Positions 36,669 to 45,985 of a DNA stretch of 64,000 bases are shown one piece after another. The stretch is from an uncultured Bacteroides sp. (GTDB lineage: Bacteria > Bacteroidota > Bacteroidia > Bacteroidales > GCA-2748055), in NCBI GenBank assembly GCA_964604655.1, contig CAZRZY010000001.1, positions 80 to 64,079 of the forward strand, in the 5' to 3' direction. The translations under genes were made by a program, and so were the position numbers. The notes below the pieces were generated by a model that was not told the origin of the DNA, ran no database searches, and saw only the letters and a list, made by a program, of their open reading frames with translations. The stretch's first letter is position 1; every line of letters begins with the position of its first letter.

Positions 36669-38339
36669 ATGAAACCCAACCGCACCATCTCTTTCCTGCT
36701 CCTCACTTTCCTGGCACTCCTCGGATCCTGCCGTAATACTTCTCAAACGGCTTCTCCGGATAGTTTCAATGCCGATGTAATTGTCTATGGAGGAACCTCT
36801 GCAGCGGTCACCTCGGCTATCCAGGTGGCCCGGATGGGAAAGAGTGTCATCATGGTCTCACCCGATAAACACCTGGGAGGATTGACCGCCTCGGGTCTGG
36901 GTTGGACCGATACAGGAAACAAGGCGGTCATCGGCGGGCTATCCCGAAACTTCTACCACCGCCTTTTCAATCACTACCAGGAGGAATCGGCCTGGATGTG
37001 GGAGGACAGGAGCGAATATGGCAATGTGGGGCAGGGAAATGTAGCCATCGACGGAGAGTTCCGAACCATGTGGATCTTTGAACCCAGCGCCGCCGAAAAG
37101 ATATTCGATGCCATGATAGCCGAATTTGAAGTTCCCGTCTACCGGGAGGAACTTCTGGACCGGAACGGGGGAGTAGTCACCAAAAACGGAGGGATCCGCT
37201 CCTTTCGAACCCTCAGCGGAAAGGTGTTTTCCGGAGAGGTGTTCATCGATGCCACCTATGAAGGAGACCTGATGGCAGCAGCCGGGGTCAGTTACCATGT
37301 GGGCAGGGAAGCCAACTCCGTATATAACGAGGAGTGGAACGGTGTTCAAACCGGAGTGCTCCACCACAGCCATCACTTTAAAACAGATATCAGTCCTTAC
37401 GTGGTGCCGGGAGATCCCTCCAGTGGTGTATTGCCCAGGATTTCCACCGAAAATCCCGGTGAATACGGGGAAGGTGACCACAGGGTCCAGGCCTACTGTT
37501 TCCGGATGTGCCTGACCCATGTACCGGAAAACCGGGTGGAGATCACCCGCCCGGAGAATTACGATTCTACCCAGTATGAACTGTTGGTCCGTATCTTCGA
37601 TTCGGGCTGGCGAGATGTATTTCACAAGTTCGATCCCATCCCCAACGGAAAAACCGATGTGAATAACCACGGCCCCTTCAGCTTTGACAATATTGGTATG
37701 AACTTTGATTATCCGGAGGCCGGATACGAACGCCGGAAGGAGATCATTGCCGAACATACCAGCTACCAGAAAGGATTGCTCTGGTTCCTGAAGTCCGATA
37801 CCAGGGTGCCTGAAGAGATAAGGACAGAGATGTCCCGGTGGGGCTTTCCGAAGGACGAGTTCACCGATAACGGTCACTGGCCACATCAGATCTACGTCAG
37901 GGAGGCCAGACGAATGATCGGTGAATACGTGATGACCGAGAACGAAGTTCTGGGCAGGCGTCCGGTGGAAGAATCGGTCGGTATGGGTTCCTATACCATG
38001 GATTCACACAATACCCAGCGTTACATCAAACCCGACGGGTTCGTGCAGAACGAAGGAGATATCGGGGTGAAGGCCCCCCGTCCCTACCAGATCGACCGCC
38101 GTTCACTGCTGCCTGTCAGGGAGGAGTGTGACAACCTCCTGGTCCCGGTATGCCTCTCCTGCTCTCACATCGCTTTCGGCTCCATCCGGATGGAACCGGT
38201 TTTCATGATCCTGGGACAGAGTGTCGCCACACTGGCCGTACTGGCCCTCGAATCGGATGCGCCCCCCCATGATGTTCCTTATGCTGTTCTGAGGCAGCAG
38301 CTGCTGGAGGATGGCCAGGTACTGGAGTATCAAGAATAG
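36669..38339 (+). CDS. FAD-dependent oxidoreductase (FAD_oxidored family common in polysaccharide loci), lipoprotein
   Basis: LLGSC is a lipobox. The dinucleotide-binding motif is DVIVYGGTSAAVTSAIQVARMGKSVIMVSPDKHLGGLTASGLG. Confidence 0.75.
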   Translation: MKPNRTISFLLLTFLALLGSCRNTSQTASPDSFNADVIVYGGTSAAVTSAIQVARMGKSVIMVSPDKHLGGLTASGLGWTDTGNKAVIGGLSRNFYHRLFNHYQEESAWMWEDRSEYGNVGQGNVAIDGEFRTMWIFEPSAAEKIFDAMIAEFEVPVYREELLDRNGGVVTKNGGIRSFRTLSGKVFSGEVFIDATYEGDLMAAAGVSYHVGREANSVYNEEWNGVQTGVLHHSHHFKTDISPYVVPGDPSSGVLPRISTENPGEYGEGDHRVQAYCFRMCLTHVPENRVEITRPENYDSTQYELLVRIFDSGWRDVFHKFDPIPNGKTDVNNHGPFSFDNIGMNFDYPEAGYERRKEIIAEHTSYQKGLLWFLKSDTRVPEEIRTEMSRWGFPKDEFTDNGHWPHQIYVREARRMIGEYVMTENEVLGRRPVEESVGMGSYTMDSHNTQRYIKPDGFVQNEGDIGVKAPRPYQIDRRSLLPVREECDNLLVPVCLSCSHIAFGSIRMEPVFMILGQSVATLAVLALESDAPPHDVPYAVLRQQLLEDGQVLEYQE

Positions 38340-38479
38340 GACTGGAGGGGTGCTTTCTGCTGCAGGTATCAGGCATTTCAGGGACTCCGGCGGTATAAAA
38401 ACCCCCTTAATTTGAAACATTCCTACACTTCTGGCAACCTCAGTTTTGTAGCTTAGCTGAATAGAAAAACACCCTTGCT

Positions 38480-39166
38480 ATGAAAAGATCGGAGATCAAC
38501 CGGCTCATTGAAGAGGCCCTCGGTTTTTTTGAGGATATGAACTTCAAACTCCCACCCTGGGGATACTGGTCCCCCGAAAAATGGATGGAAAGCACCGATA
38601 ATTTGGAAGAGATTGTCGAAAACCAGCTGGGTTGGGACCTGACCGATTTCGGTTCGGGTGATTTTAAAGAGACCGGACTCCTGCTCTTCACCATTCGAAA
38701 CGGTAATCTGAAACGGAATCAAAAGAGCTATGCGGAGAAGATCATGATCGTGGAGGAGGATCAGGTGACTCCCATGCATTTCCACTGGTCTAAAATGGAG
38801 GATATCATCAACAGGGGAGGAGGGAACCTGATGCTTCAGCTCTATCCATCGGATGAGGAGGAGGAGCCGGCCCATTTCCCCTTCGAGGTAAGCCTCGATG
38901 GCATCCGCAGGAGGTGCCATCCCGGTGATGTGATCAGGCTCCGGCCGGGTGAAAGCATCACCCTCTACCAGGGACTCTATCACAAGTTCTACGGCGAAAC
39001 AGGTAATGGAAGAGTATTGGTGGGAGAGGTCAGTGCGGTGAACGACGATCATTCCGACAACCGGTTCCATTTTGAGGTGGGAAGGTTCCCGAACATTGAG
39101 GAGGATGTAGCCCCATCCCATCTTCTGGTGGGGGATTACGAAACTTATCTGGCATCGAAAACATGA
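38480..39166 (+). CDS. D-lyxose/D-mannose ketol-isomerase-like cupin
   Basis: The N-terminal MKRSEINRLIEEALGFFEDMNFKLPPWGYWSPEKW pattern and the cupin His cluster (TPMHFHWSKMEDIINRGGG) resemble the D-lyxose isomerase family. Confidence 0.7.
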   Translation: MKRSEINRLIEEALGFFEDMNFKLPPWGYWSPEKWMESTDNLEEIVENQLGWDLTDFGSGDFKETGLLLFTIRNGNLKRNQKSYAEKIMIVEEDQVTPMHFHWSKMEDIINRGGGNLMLQLYPSDEEEEPAHFPFEVSLDGIRRRCHPGDVIRLRPGESITLYQGLYHKFYGETGNGRVLVGEVSAVNDDHSDNRFHFEVGRFPNIEEDVAPSHLLVGDYETYLASKT

Positions 39167-39212
39167 AGGGGTGGCTCCGTGGGGAGAACTGACCGGCCAA
39201 ACAAAATAGTTC

Positions 39213-40571
39213 ATGAGAGGGATCCATATTATCATAACGGCCATCTTGCTGATGGTCTCCTGCAGGGAGCAGGAGCAACAATGGCCCAATGTATTGCTGA
39301 TACTGGCCGATGACATGGGATGGAACCAGCTGGGCTGCTACGGAGGCCCCTACCATACCCCTCATATCGACTCTCTCGCAGCCACCGGGATGCGGTTCAC
39401 CCAGGCCTACTCGGCCGCGGCGGTCTGCAGTCCCACCAGGGCGGCCCTGATGACCGGGAAATACCCGGCCCGGCTTCATCTGACCGATTTTATCAAAGGG
39501 CAGGAATTCCCCGATAGTCTTCTTTCTCAGCCGGACTGGCAGAAGTACCTGCCCCTCCAGGAAATCACCCTGGCGGAGGTGTTCAGGGAAAACGGTTACC
39601 GGACGGCCCTTTTCGGAAAATGGCACCTGAGCCGGGAAAAGCAACCCCCGGGTTCTCTGCCTTTCAATCCCGATAAACAGGGATTTGACGAGTATATGAT
39701 CACCTATAAACCGGTTCGGGGAAAGACCGATCCCGACCACGATCCTCATAACATCGACTCCATAACCCGCCGGTCGGTACAATTTATGGAACAGCACCGG
39801 AACAGACCTTTTCTGCTGGTGGTATCCCACAATGCCATTCATGATCCGATCATGGAGAGTGAGATCCGAGTGGAGCGATATGAACGGCAGTTCACCGGTT
39901 CCCGGTACCGGGTGGACCCGCGGCTTGGAGCCATGGTTTCCAGGCTGGACCAGTCCACGGGTGTTATTCTGCGTACCCTGGATCAACTGGGCCTGACCGG
40001 CCACACCCTGATCCTGTTCTGCTCAGACAACGGAGGGAAAGAACATTACGCCAGCCAACACCCCTTCCGGCGAGGAAAGGGATGGCTCTATGAAGGGGGG
40101 ATCAGGGTTCCCATGATCGCCAGCTGGCCGGGCCGGATTCCCGCAGGCAGGGAGAATAATGTGATCACCTCCACCATCGACCTCTTTCCCACCATTCTGG
40201 AAATGACCGGCCTTTACGGCCTTGCGGACGGGATGGACGGGATCTCCATGGTTGGGGAGTTCAGGGGAGAAGATCCGCCCCTGGAACCGAGAAACCTGTA
40301 TTGGCATTACCCTCACTACCACCGGGGTTCGGGCATGAAACCGGCCTCCGCCATCCGGGTGGGTGACCTGAAACTGATCGAATGGCATGAGGAATTTATG
40401 CTGCATGAACATGCCTGGGAACTATACGACCTTTCGGCCGATCCAGGTGAGGAGAGGGACCTTTCCCTTGAAGATCCCTCCACCCTGGATGAGATGCGAA
40501 AAGCACTCTACCTCTGGCGAAACGAAATGGATGCACAGATGCCCGTTGTGAAAACCCGGACCTACCCATGA
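39213..40571 (+). CDS. Sulfatase (Cys-type)
   Basis: It has a lipoprotein signal, NVLLILADDMGWNQLGCYGG, the signature CSPTRAALMTGKYPAR, and GKWHL. Confidence 0.85.
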   Translation: MRGIHIIITAILLMVSCREQEQQWPNVLLILADDMGWNQLGCYGGPYHTPHIDSLAATGMRFTQAYSAAAVCSPTRAALMTGKYPARLHLTDFIKGQEFPDSLLSQPDWQKYLPLQEITLAEVFRENGYRTALFGKWHLSREKQPPGSLPFNPDKQGFDEYMITYKPVRGKTDPDHDPHNIDSITRRSVQFMEQHRNRPFLLVVSHNAIHDPIMESEIRVERYERQFTGSRYRVDPRLGAMVSRLDQSTGVILRTLDQLGLTGHTLILFCSDNGGKEHYASQHPFRRGKGWLYEGGIRVPMIASWPGRIPAGRENNVITSTIDLFPTILEMTGLYGLADGMDGISMVGEFRGEDPPLEPRNLYWHYPHYHRGSGMKPASAIRVGDLKLIEWHEEFMLHEHAWELYDLSADPGEERDLSLEDPSTLDEMRKALYLWRNEMDAQMPVVKTRTYP

Positions 40572-41605
40572 AAAAGTACCATGGTGCGCTGACAACGCTT
40601 TTACTGGCTCTCTTTACGGGAACCTTTGCACCGGCACCGTCAAAGGGGTACCGCTCCGGTCCCGACCAAATAATCAGGAAACAACTGCTCACCCGGCTGG
40701 GGATCGACCTTCCCCTGACGCCGGAGAATATGCAAGCCATCCAGGAACATCCTGCCATGAGGGAATACCAGGCGGAGAGTTGGCACAAAAGGGTCGACCG
40801 GATGAAGGAGAAGCCCCCGAGGCCCAGGGGAATGGGTGAACCGGGCAGAAACAATCCGTGGATGCCGGAACGACTCATTCCTTATTTTACAGAATGGCTA
40901 AAAAATGAATACAATACGCTGGAAAACCTGAAGCAGGCATGGATTTGCTTAAGGGTACGGTGCTACCCCCGGGGGCGTAATCGCCGCAATTACGGCCGCC
41001 AATCAAGGTTTGTCGGTAATGCTCATCGAACCCATGTCCGTGATAGGGGGAATGTACAGCAGCGGGCTGAACTTCAACAAGGTGGCCCTGGCGGGAGTAT
41101 CCTACACATTCGGACGCGAGTCGGTTGCAGAGTATAATGAATCTCTTGCCGGGGTGAGACTCATTGACGATACGTTGAAAGGACGAACGGTGGATGAACA
41201 AGGTGCTCTACTTCCATATTTCAACTGCTATGACACCCTGATTCCCGGCAGTGGCGATGAACGGGTGATGAATTACAATTTCAGGCCGACCATGACTAAA
41301 GACTCGGCTAATTTCGTAGCGGATTACCTTCAAAGCAGTCCTGCACTGAAACCTGGGGATCTCATTGGAATTTTCCCGCGCGGATCAGGAAAATATGAGT
41401 TTAATAACCAGCAGAGATCGTTGATATCCCTGGGAATGTTCGGGGCCAATGCCGGTTATACGAACGGGGATCAGAAGACCTGGACGCTGATTTGATCAGA
41501 GAGTATGACGATTATGATTGGCTGAACGGACACCGCAGATTCGGTGACCGGTTTAAAAGATTATATTCCCATTATGGTGTCGATCCGGAGGATTCTAAAT
41601 CTTAG
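40568..41605 (+). pseudogene. Fragmented coding region: signal-peptide N-terminal piece plus frame-shifted, internally deleted FAD-dependent oxidoreductase
   Basis: Three reading frames are needed. Frame A (from 40568) gives a signal peptide and ...YFTEWLKNEYNTLENLKQAW. From 40953, frame C gives GYGATPGGVIAAITAANQGLSVMLIEPMSVIGGMYSSG, a dinucleotide-binding motif paralogous to 36669..38339. That frame stops after ~180 aa (41495), and a further frame continues to 41605. Confidence 0.6.
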
Positions 41606-41642
41606 TATCCGTGCCGGCAATTGATTATCATTGTAAAAAATT

Positions 41643-43448
41643 ATGATGATGAACCGTATCTCAGCTGTACTTCTTCTTACATCTTCTTTGCTCTTCCTTT
41701 CGGGATGTGTGAAGGAGGTTTTTGTGGAATGTGAATCTTTCGAAGAACATGGCGGATGGGTGGTCGATCCCCAGTTTGTGGAACAGATGGGCTCCCCCTA
41801 TCTGATGGCCCATGGCATGGGGGAACCAGTGGAAAATGCCCGGACAACCATCGAGATTCCGGCAGGCGGAACCTACCATGTCTGGGCCCGGACAAGAGAC
41901 TGGGCTCCCGGAAGATGGGAGGCACCCGGGCGGTTTCATGTACTCCTGGACGGGGCCGCATTGCCTGAGACTCTCGGCGACCAGATGGGAGGCTGGGGGT
42001 GGAATTATGCCGGTAAGACAAAAGCAATAAAAGGAAGCGCCACATTGGAAGTGGAGGATCTGACGGGATTCAACGGCCGGTGTGATGCCATCTATATCTC
42101 CAACCGGTACCGGACCCCCACTAACGAACCGGGATACCTTCGCGACATGCGCGAAACCCTCACCGGAAAGAGGGAGTTACCCGGGAAGGTCCTGGATTTC
42201 GACCTGGTGGTGGTAGGAGGGGGGATCGCCGGTTGTGCTGCAGCCATTGCTGCGGCCGAAGAAGGAATGGAAGTGGCCCTGGTTCACGACCGGCCCGTCC
42301 TGGGTGGGAACGCCAGCAGCGAGATCCGCGTCCATACCCTTGGCATATACGGGCACTTTGAAAGGATCCTGAAAATGCTCGACACCGAACACTACCCCAA
42401 CGGTTCCCCCGATGCCTTCCTGGACGAGGAGAAAAGGCATAAAAACATCCAACAGTACGACCGGATATCCCTTTTGTTGGAGACCAGGGCTTACCGGGTG
42501 GACACGCTGAACGGGGAGATCACGGCAGTGGATGCGCGGCACACCCGGACCGGTGAAACGATCCGGCTCCGGGCCCCTTACTTTGCTGACTGTACGGGGG
42601 ATGGGTGGATCGGATACTGGGCAGGTGCGGAATACATGTATGGCCGTGAACCAGTGGACCAATACGGAGAGCAGTGGGAGGAGTTCGGCGAGCTTTGGAG
42701 CCCTGATGAGGCGGACGACAAGGTGATGGGCTCTTCGGTACTGTGGCGGACCCGTGAAGCGGATACCATCTCCCCTTTTCCCGAAGTACCTTGGGCCATG
42801 GAGGTGGCCGGAAGCCATGCCGCCAGAAAGGGAACCTGGCACTGGGAGCTGATCAGCGAGGAGTGGAACCAGGCGGAACAGGGGGAACAGATCAGGGACC
42901 ACATGCTGAAAGCGATCTACGGTTCCTTCTACAATGAAAAGCAGAAAACGGGCTCCGACAGCCTGGAGCTGGAATGGGTCTCTTACCTGCTCGGAAAACG
43001 GGAGTCGAGGCGACTGGTGGGAGATTACATCTATACGTTTAACGATGAGAGGGAGTCCCGTACTTTTCCCGATGCAGTGGTCATGGAGGACAGGGCGGTG
43101 GATGTACACTACCGTCAGGATGAGCTGGATGATTCGAAGCCGGGATTTCTGACCGAAGCCATGTTTTACCTCGCCGAACGCTACTACATCCCTTACCGCT
43201 CGCTCTACACCCGTGATATCGGTAACCTGTTTATGGCAGGACGATGCTTCAGTTGCAGCCACGTGGGACTGGGAGGACCCCGGGTGATGCGCACCACGGG
43301 CCAGATGGGAGCAGCGGTGGGGTATGCATCTGCTGTGTGCCACAGGAACGATTGTACGCCCCGCCAACTCTACGAAGACCATCTGGAGGAGTACATGGAG
43401 CTGGTGCGCTCTTCCGATGACCGGAACCGGCAAACGACCCATCCATGA
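41643..43448 (+). CDS. FAD-dependent oxidoreductase with ~170-aa N-terminal extra domain, lipoprotein
   Basis: The lipobox is LFLSGC. The N-terminal domain is rich in W/G (GGWGWNYAG). The FAD motif is FDLVVVGGGIAGCAAAIAAAEEGMEVALVHDRPVLGGNASSE. Confidence 0.8.
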   Translation: MMMNRISAVLLLTSSLLFLSGCVKEVFVECESFEEHGGWVVDPQFVEQMGSPYLMAHGMGEPVENARTTIEIPAGGTYHVWARTRDWAPGRWEAPGRFHVLLDGAALPETLGDQMGGWGWNYAGKTKAIKGSATLEVEDLTGFNGRCDAIYISNRYRTPTNEPGYLRDMRETLTGKRELPGKVLDFDLVVVGGGIAGCAAAIAAAEEGMEVALVHDRPVLGGNASSEIRVHTLGIYGHFERILKMLDTEHYPNGSPDAFLDEEKRHKNIQQYDRISLLLETRAYRVDTLNGEITAVDARHTRTGETIRLRAPYFADCTGDGWIGYWAGAEYMYGREPVDQYGEQWEEFGELWSPDEADDKVMGSSVLWRTREADTISPFPEVPWAMEVAGSHAARKGTWHWELISEEWNQAEQGEQIRDHMLKAIYGSFYNEKQKTGSDSLELEWVSYLLGKRESRRLVGDYIYTFNDERESRTFPDAVVMEDRAVDVHYRQDELDDSKPGFLTEAMFYLAERYYIPYRSLYTRDIGNLFMAGRCFSCSHVGLGGPRVMRTTGQMGAAVGYASAVCHRNDCTPRQLYEDHLEEYMELVRSSDDRNRQTTHP

Positions 43449-45907
43449 GACAGAAACATTGGTTTACCTTCCTGCTCCCCGCCGTCCTCCTGGCATGGCT
43501 CCTGTCAGGTTGCCTGCCTGACGAAAAAGTGATGCTCAGCGGGATCTATCCACACCTGGCATATTACAACCACGAAGGGGAATGCGGTACCGGGGCGGTG
43601 GTACCCTGGGCAGACCGGCTGTGGGTGGTGACCTACGGACCCCATCTGCCACATGGATCCTCCGACAAACTTTACGAAATAACCAGGGATCTGGAGAAGA
43701 TCACCCGGCCGGAGAGCATCGGGGGAACTCCGGCCAACCGGATGATCCACCGCGAGAGTAACCAGCTGTTTATAGGCCCCTACGCCATCAGCGGAGAGGG
43801 GAAGGTGCAGGTGATCCCCTACGACCGGATGCCGGGACGGCATACCGGCAATGCCCGGCATCTGGCCGATCCCGAAGGAAAGATCTATTATGCTACCATG
43901 GAAGAAGGATTTTACGAAGTGGACGTGGCGAGCCTCCGGGTTACCACCCTGGTACCTGACGCCCACCAGCTTCCTGAGGATCCATACGGCAAATTTCTTC
44001 CCGGCGCACACGGCAAGGGATTGTACTCCGGACAGGGCGTACTGGTCTACTCCAATAACGGAGAAGCTTCCCGCGAGGCACGTACCCGGTTCGATGCGGA
44101 ATCGGGGGCGTTGGTGGAATGGAATGGAAGCGATTGGAAATTGATCCGCAGAAACCAGTTTGTGGAAGTAACCGGTCCGGGAGGGATCTATGGGAACTCC
44201 CATCCGGCCACCGATCCCATTTGGGCCACGGGATGGGACCAGAAATCCCTGTTGCTGGGAGTAAGGGATGCGAAAACCAATGACTGGCGATTCTACCGCC
44301 TTCCCAAAGCAAGCCACAGTTACGACGGTGCGCACGGCTGGAATACCGAATGGCCCAGGATCAGGGATGTGGGCACCCCGGGCTCTCCCGACTACCTGAT
44401 GACCATGCATGGGATGTTCTGGCGTTTCCCGGAAAACTGGAACCCCTCGGGCAGCGGGGGGATCAGGCCCCGTTCGGCCTACCTGAAGGTGATCGGTGAT
44501 TTCGCCAGGTGGGGAGACCGGCTCGTAATGGGATGTGACGATTCAGCCCAGCGGGAATTCCTCAATAAACGGAAGGTCAAAGGTTCTATTGAAGGGCCGG
44601 GACAATCCAACTCTAACCTCTGGTTTATGGACCCGGAAATGCCCGGCCTGCTGGGACCTGCCACTGCCGAAGGCGGGGTCTGGTTGAAGGAACGGGTAAC
44701 CGCCGGAGTTCCATCCGAGCCTTTCCTGTTTACCGGGTGGACTCACCGAACCTGTTGGATTCAGCAACATGGTGAACATCCGGTGGAGTTAATCCTCGAG
44801 ACCGACCTGATTGGAGACGATACCTGGACCGAGTTGCAGAGGGTAGTGGTCGCTGGTGGTGAAAGCCTTCAGCTTCCGTTCAGTGAAACGGATCGCGGGG
44901 AGTGGATCCGGGCCATCCCGCAGGATTCTGCAAGGGTGACACTCCATTTCTGCTACACGGACCCCGATCTCAGGGATACTATTCCGGAAGATCTTTTCCG
45001 GGGTATCTCCTTTTCTTCGGATCACGCTTCGATTGGTGGTCTTCTCTATGGTCTGGGTGACGATCAGGAAAAGCTGGGTCTGGCCGTCAGCCGTTTTGAA
45101 GGAGACCAATCCGCACCGGGAGGGTATTATGAACTGGATGAATCACTGCAACTGGTTCGGACAGAGGAACCCGGAAAGGAAGAGTTTATCAGAGAGAAAT
45201 TTGCCATTCCGGAAGGATTGGTCTCCGTAGAGTCCTCGTCGGTTCTGGTGATCGATGACAGCGGCAGAAGATGGAGGCTGCCGCCTGGCGAAACACCACT
45301 GGATCTGCTGACCGAAAGCGGTACCCTCAGAATTTCCCGTGAAGTGGCCACCGAGCGGGATCTGTTCAGCTGCCACGGGACCTTCTATGAACTGCCTGCC
45401 GAAAATGCAGACGGATTCGCCAAGATCCGCCCGGTGGCTTCCCATCCCTTCCGGATTCATGATTATGCCAGTTATCGGGGACTGCTGGTCATGACGGGGA
45501 TCGATCCGGAATATGCCGGGACAAATCCACACGTGATCACCTCTGAGGATAGGAAAGCAGCCGTTTGGGCCGGTGTGATCGACGATCTCTGGAAACTGGG
45601 CAAACCCACCGGCAGGGGCGGACCATGGCACCGGACTCTGGCAGAGGCAGGGGAGCCTTCCGATCCCTACCTGATCGGGTTCTATGACCGGAAACATTTG
45701 ATGATCACCCACGATTCCCCGGGTGCCGTTACCATCGCAGTGGAAATCGATCCTACGGGACATGGTCCCTGGATGAAATACAGGGAGGTGACCCTGGATC
45801 CCGGAGAGACCTTCAATTATCTGTTTCCCGCTCATTTCCAGGCGCGATGGATCCGGTTCCGGAGCCATCAAAGTGCACGGATAACCACGCTGCTGACCTA
45901 CGAATAA
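43445..45907 (+). CDS. Large lipoprotein of unknown function (820 aa)
   Basis: An ATGA start/stop overlap links it to the upstream oxidoreductase gene. The lipobox is WLLSGC. I saw no catalytic motif, and the repetitive beta-rich composition suggests a propeller/sandwich architecture (inference). Confidence 0.6.
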   Translation: MRQKHWFTFLLPAVLLAWLLSGCLPDEKVMLSGIYPHLAYYNHEGECGTGAVVPWADRLWVVTYGPHLPHGSSDKLYEITRDLEKITRPESIGGTPANRMIHRESNQLFIGPYAISGEGKVQVIPYDRMPGRHTGNARHLADPEGKIYYATMEEGFYEVDVASLRVTTLVPDAHQLPEDPYGKFLPGAHGKGLYSGQGVLVYSNNGEASREARTRFDAESGALVEWNGSDWKLIRRNQFVEVTGPGGIYGNSHPATDPIWATGWDQKSLLLGVRDAKTNDWRFYRLPKASHSYDGAHGWNTEWPRIRDVGTPGSPDYLMTMHGMFWRFPENWNPSGSGGIRPRSAYLKVIGDFARWGDRLVMGCDDSAQREFLNKRKVKGSIEGPGQSNSNLWFMDPEMPGLLGPATAEGGVWLKERVTAGVPSEPFLFTGWTHRTCWIQQHGEHPVELILETDLIGDDTWTELQRVVVAGGESLQLPFSETDRGEWIRAIPQDSARVTLHFCYTDPDLRDTIPEDLFRGISFSSDHASIGGLLYGLGDDQEKLGLAVSRFEGDQSAPGGYYELDESLQLVRTEEPGKEEFIREKFAIPEGLVSVESSSVLVIDDSGRRWRLPPGETPLDLLTESGTLRISREVATERDLFSCHGTFYELPAENADGFAKIRPVASHPFRIHDYASYRGLLVMTGIDPEYAGTNPHVITSEDRKAAVWAGVIDDLWKLGKPTGRGGPWHRTLAEAGEPSDPYLIGFYDRKHLMITHDSPGAVTIAVEIDPTGHGPWMKYREVTLDPGETFNYLFPAHFQARWIRFRSHQSARITTLLTYE

Positions 45908-45985
45908 TGAGTATAACAGAGCAATTTAATCGAATATAAATAATCTGACAAGCTATTTTTAGAATCGATTATAATGTGTGCTATA

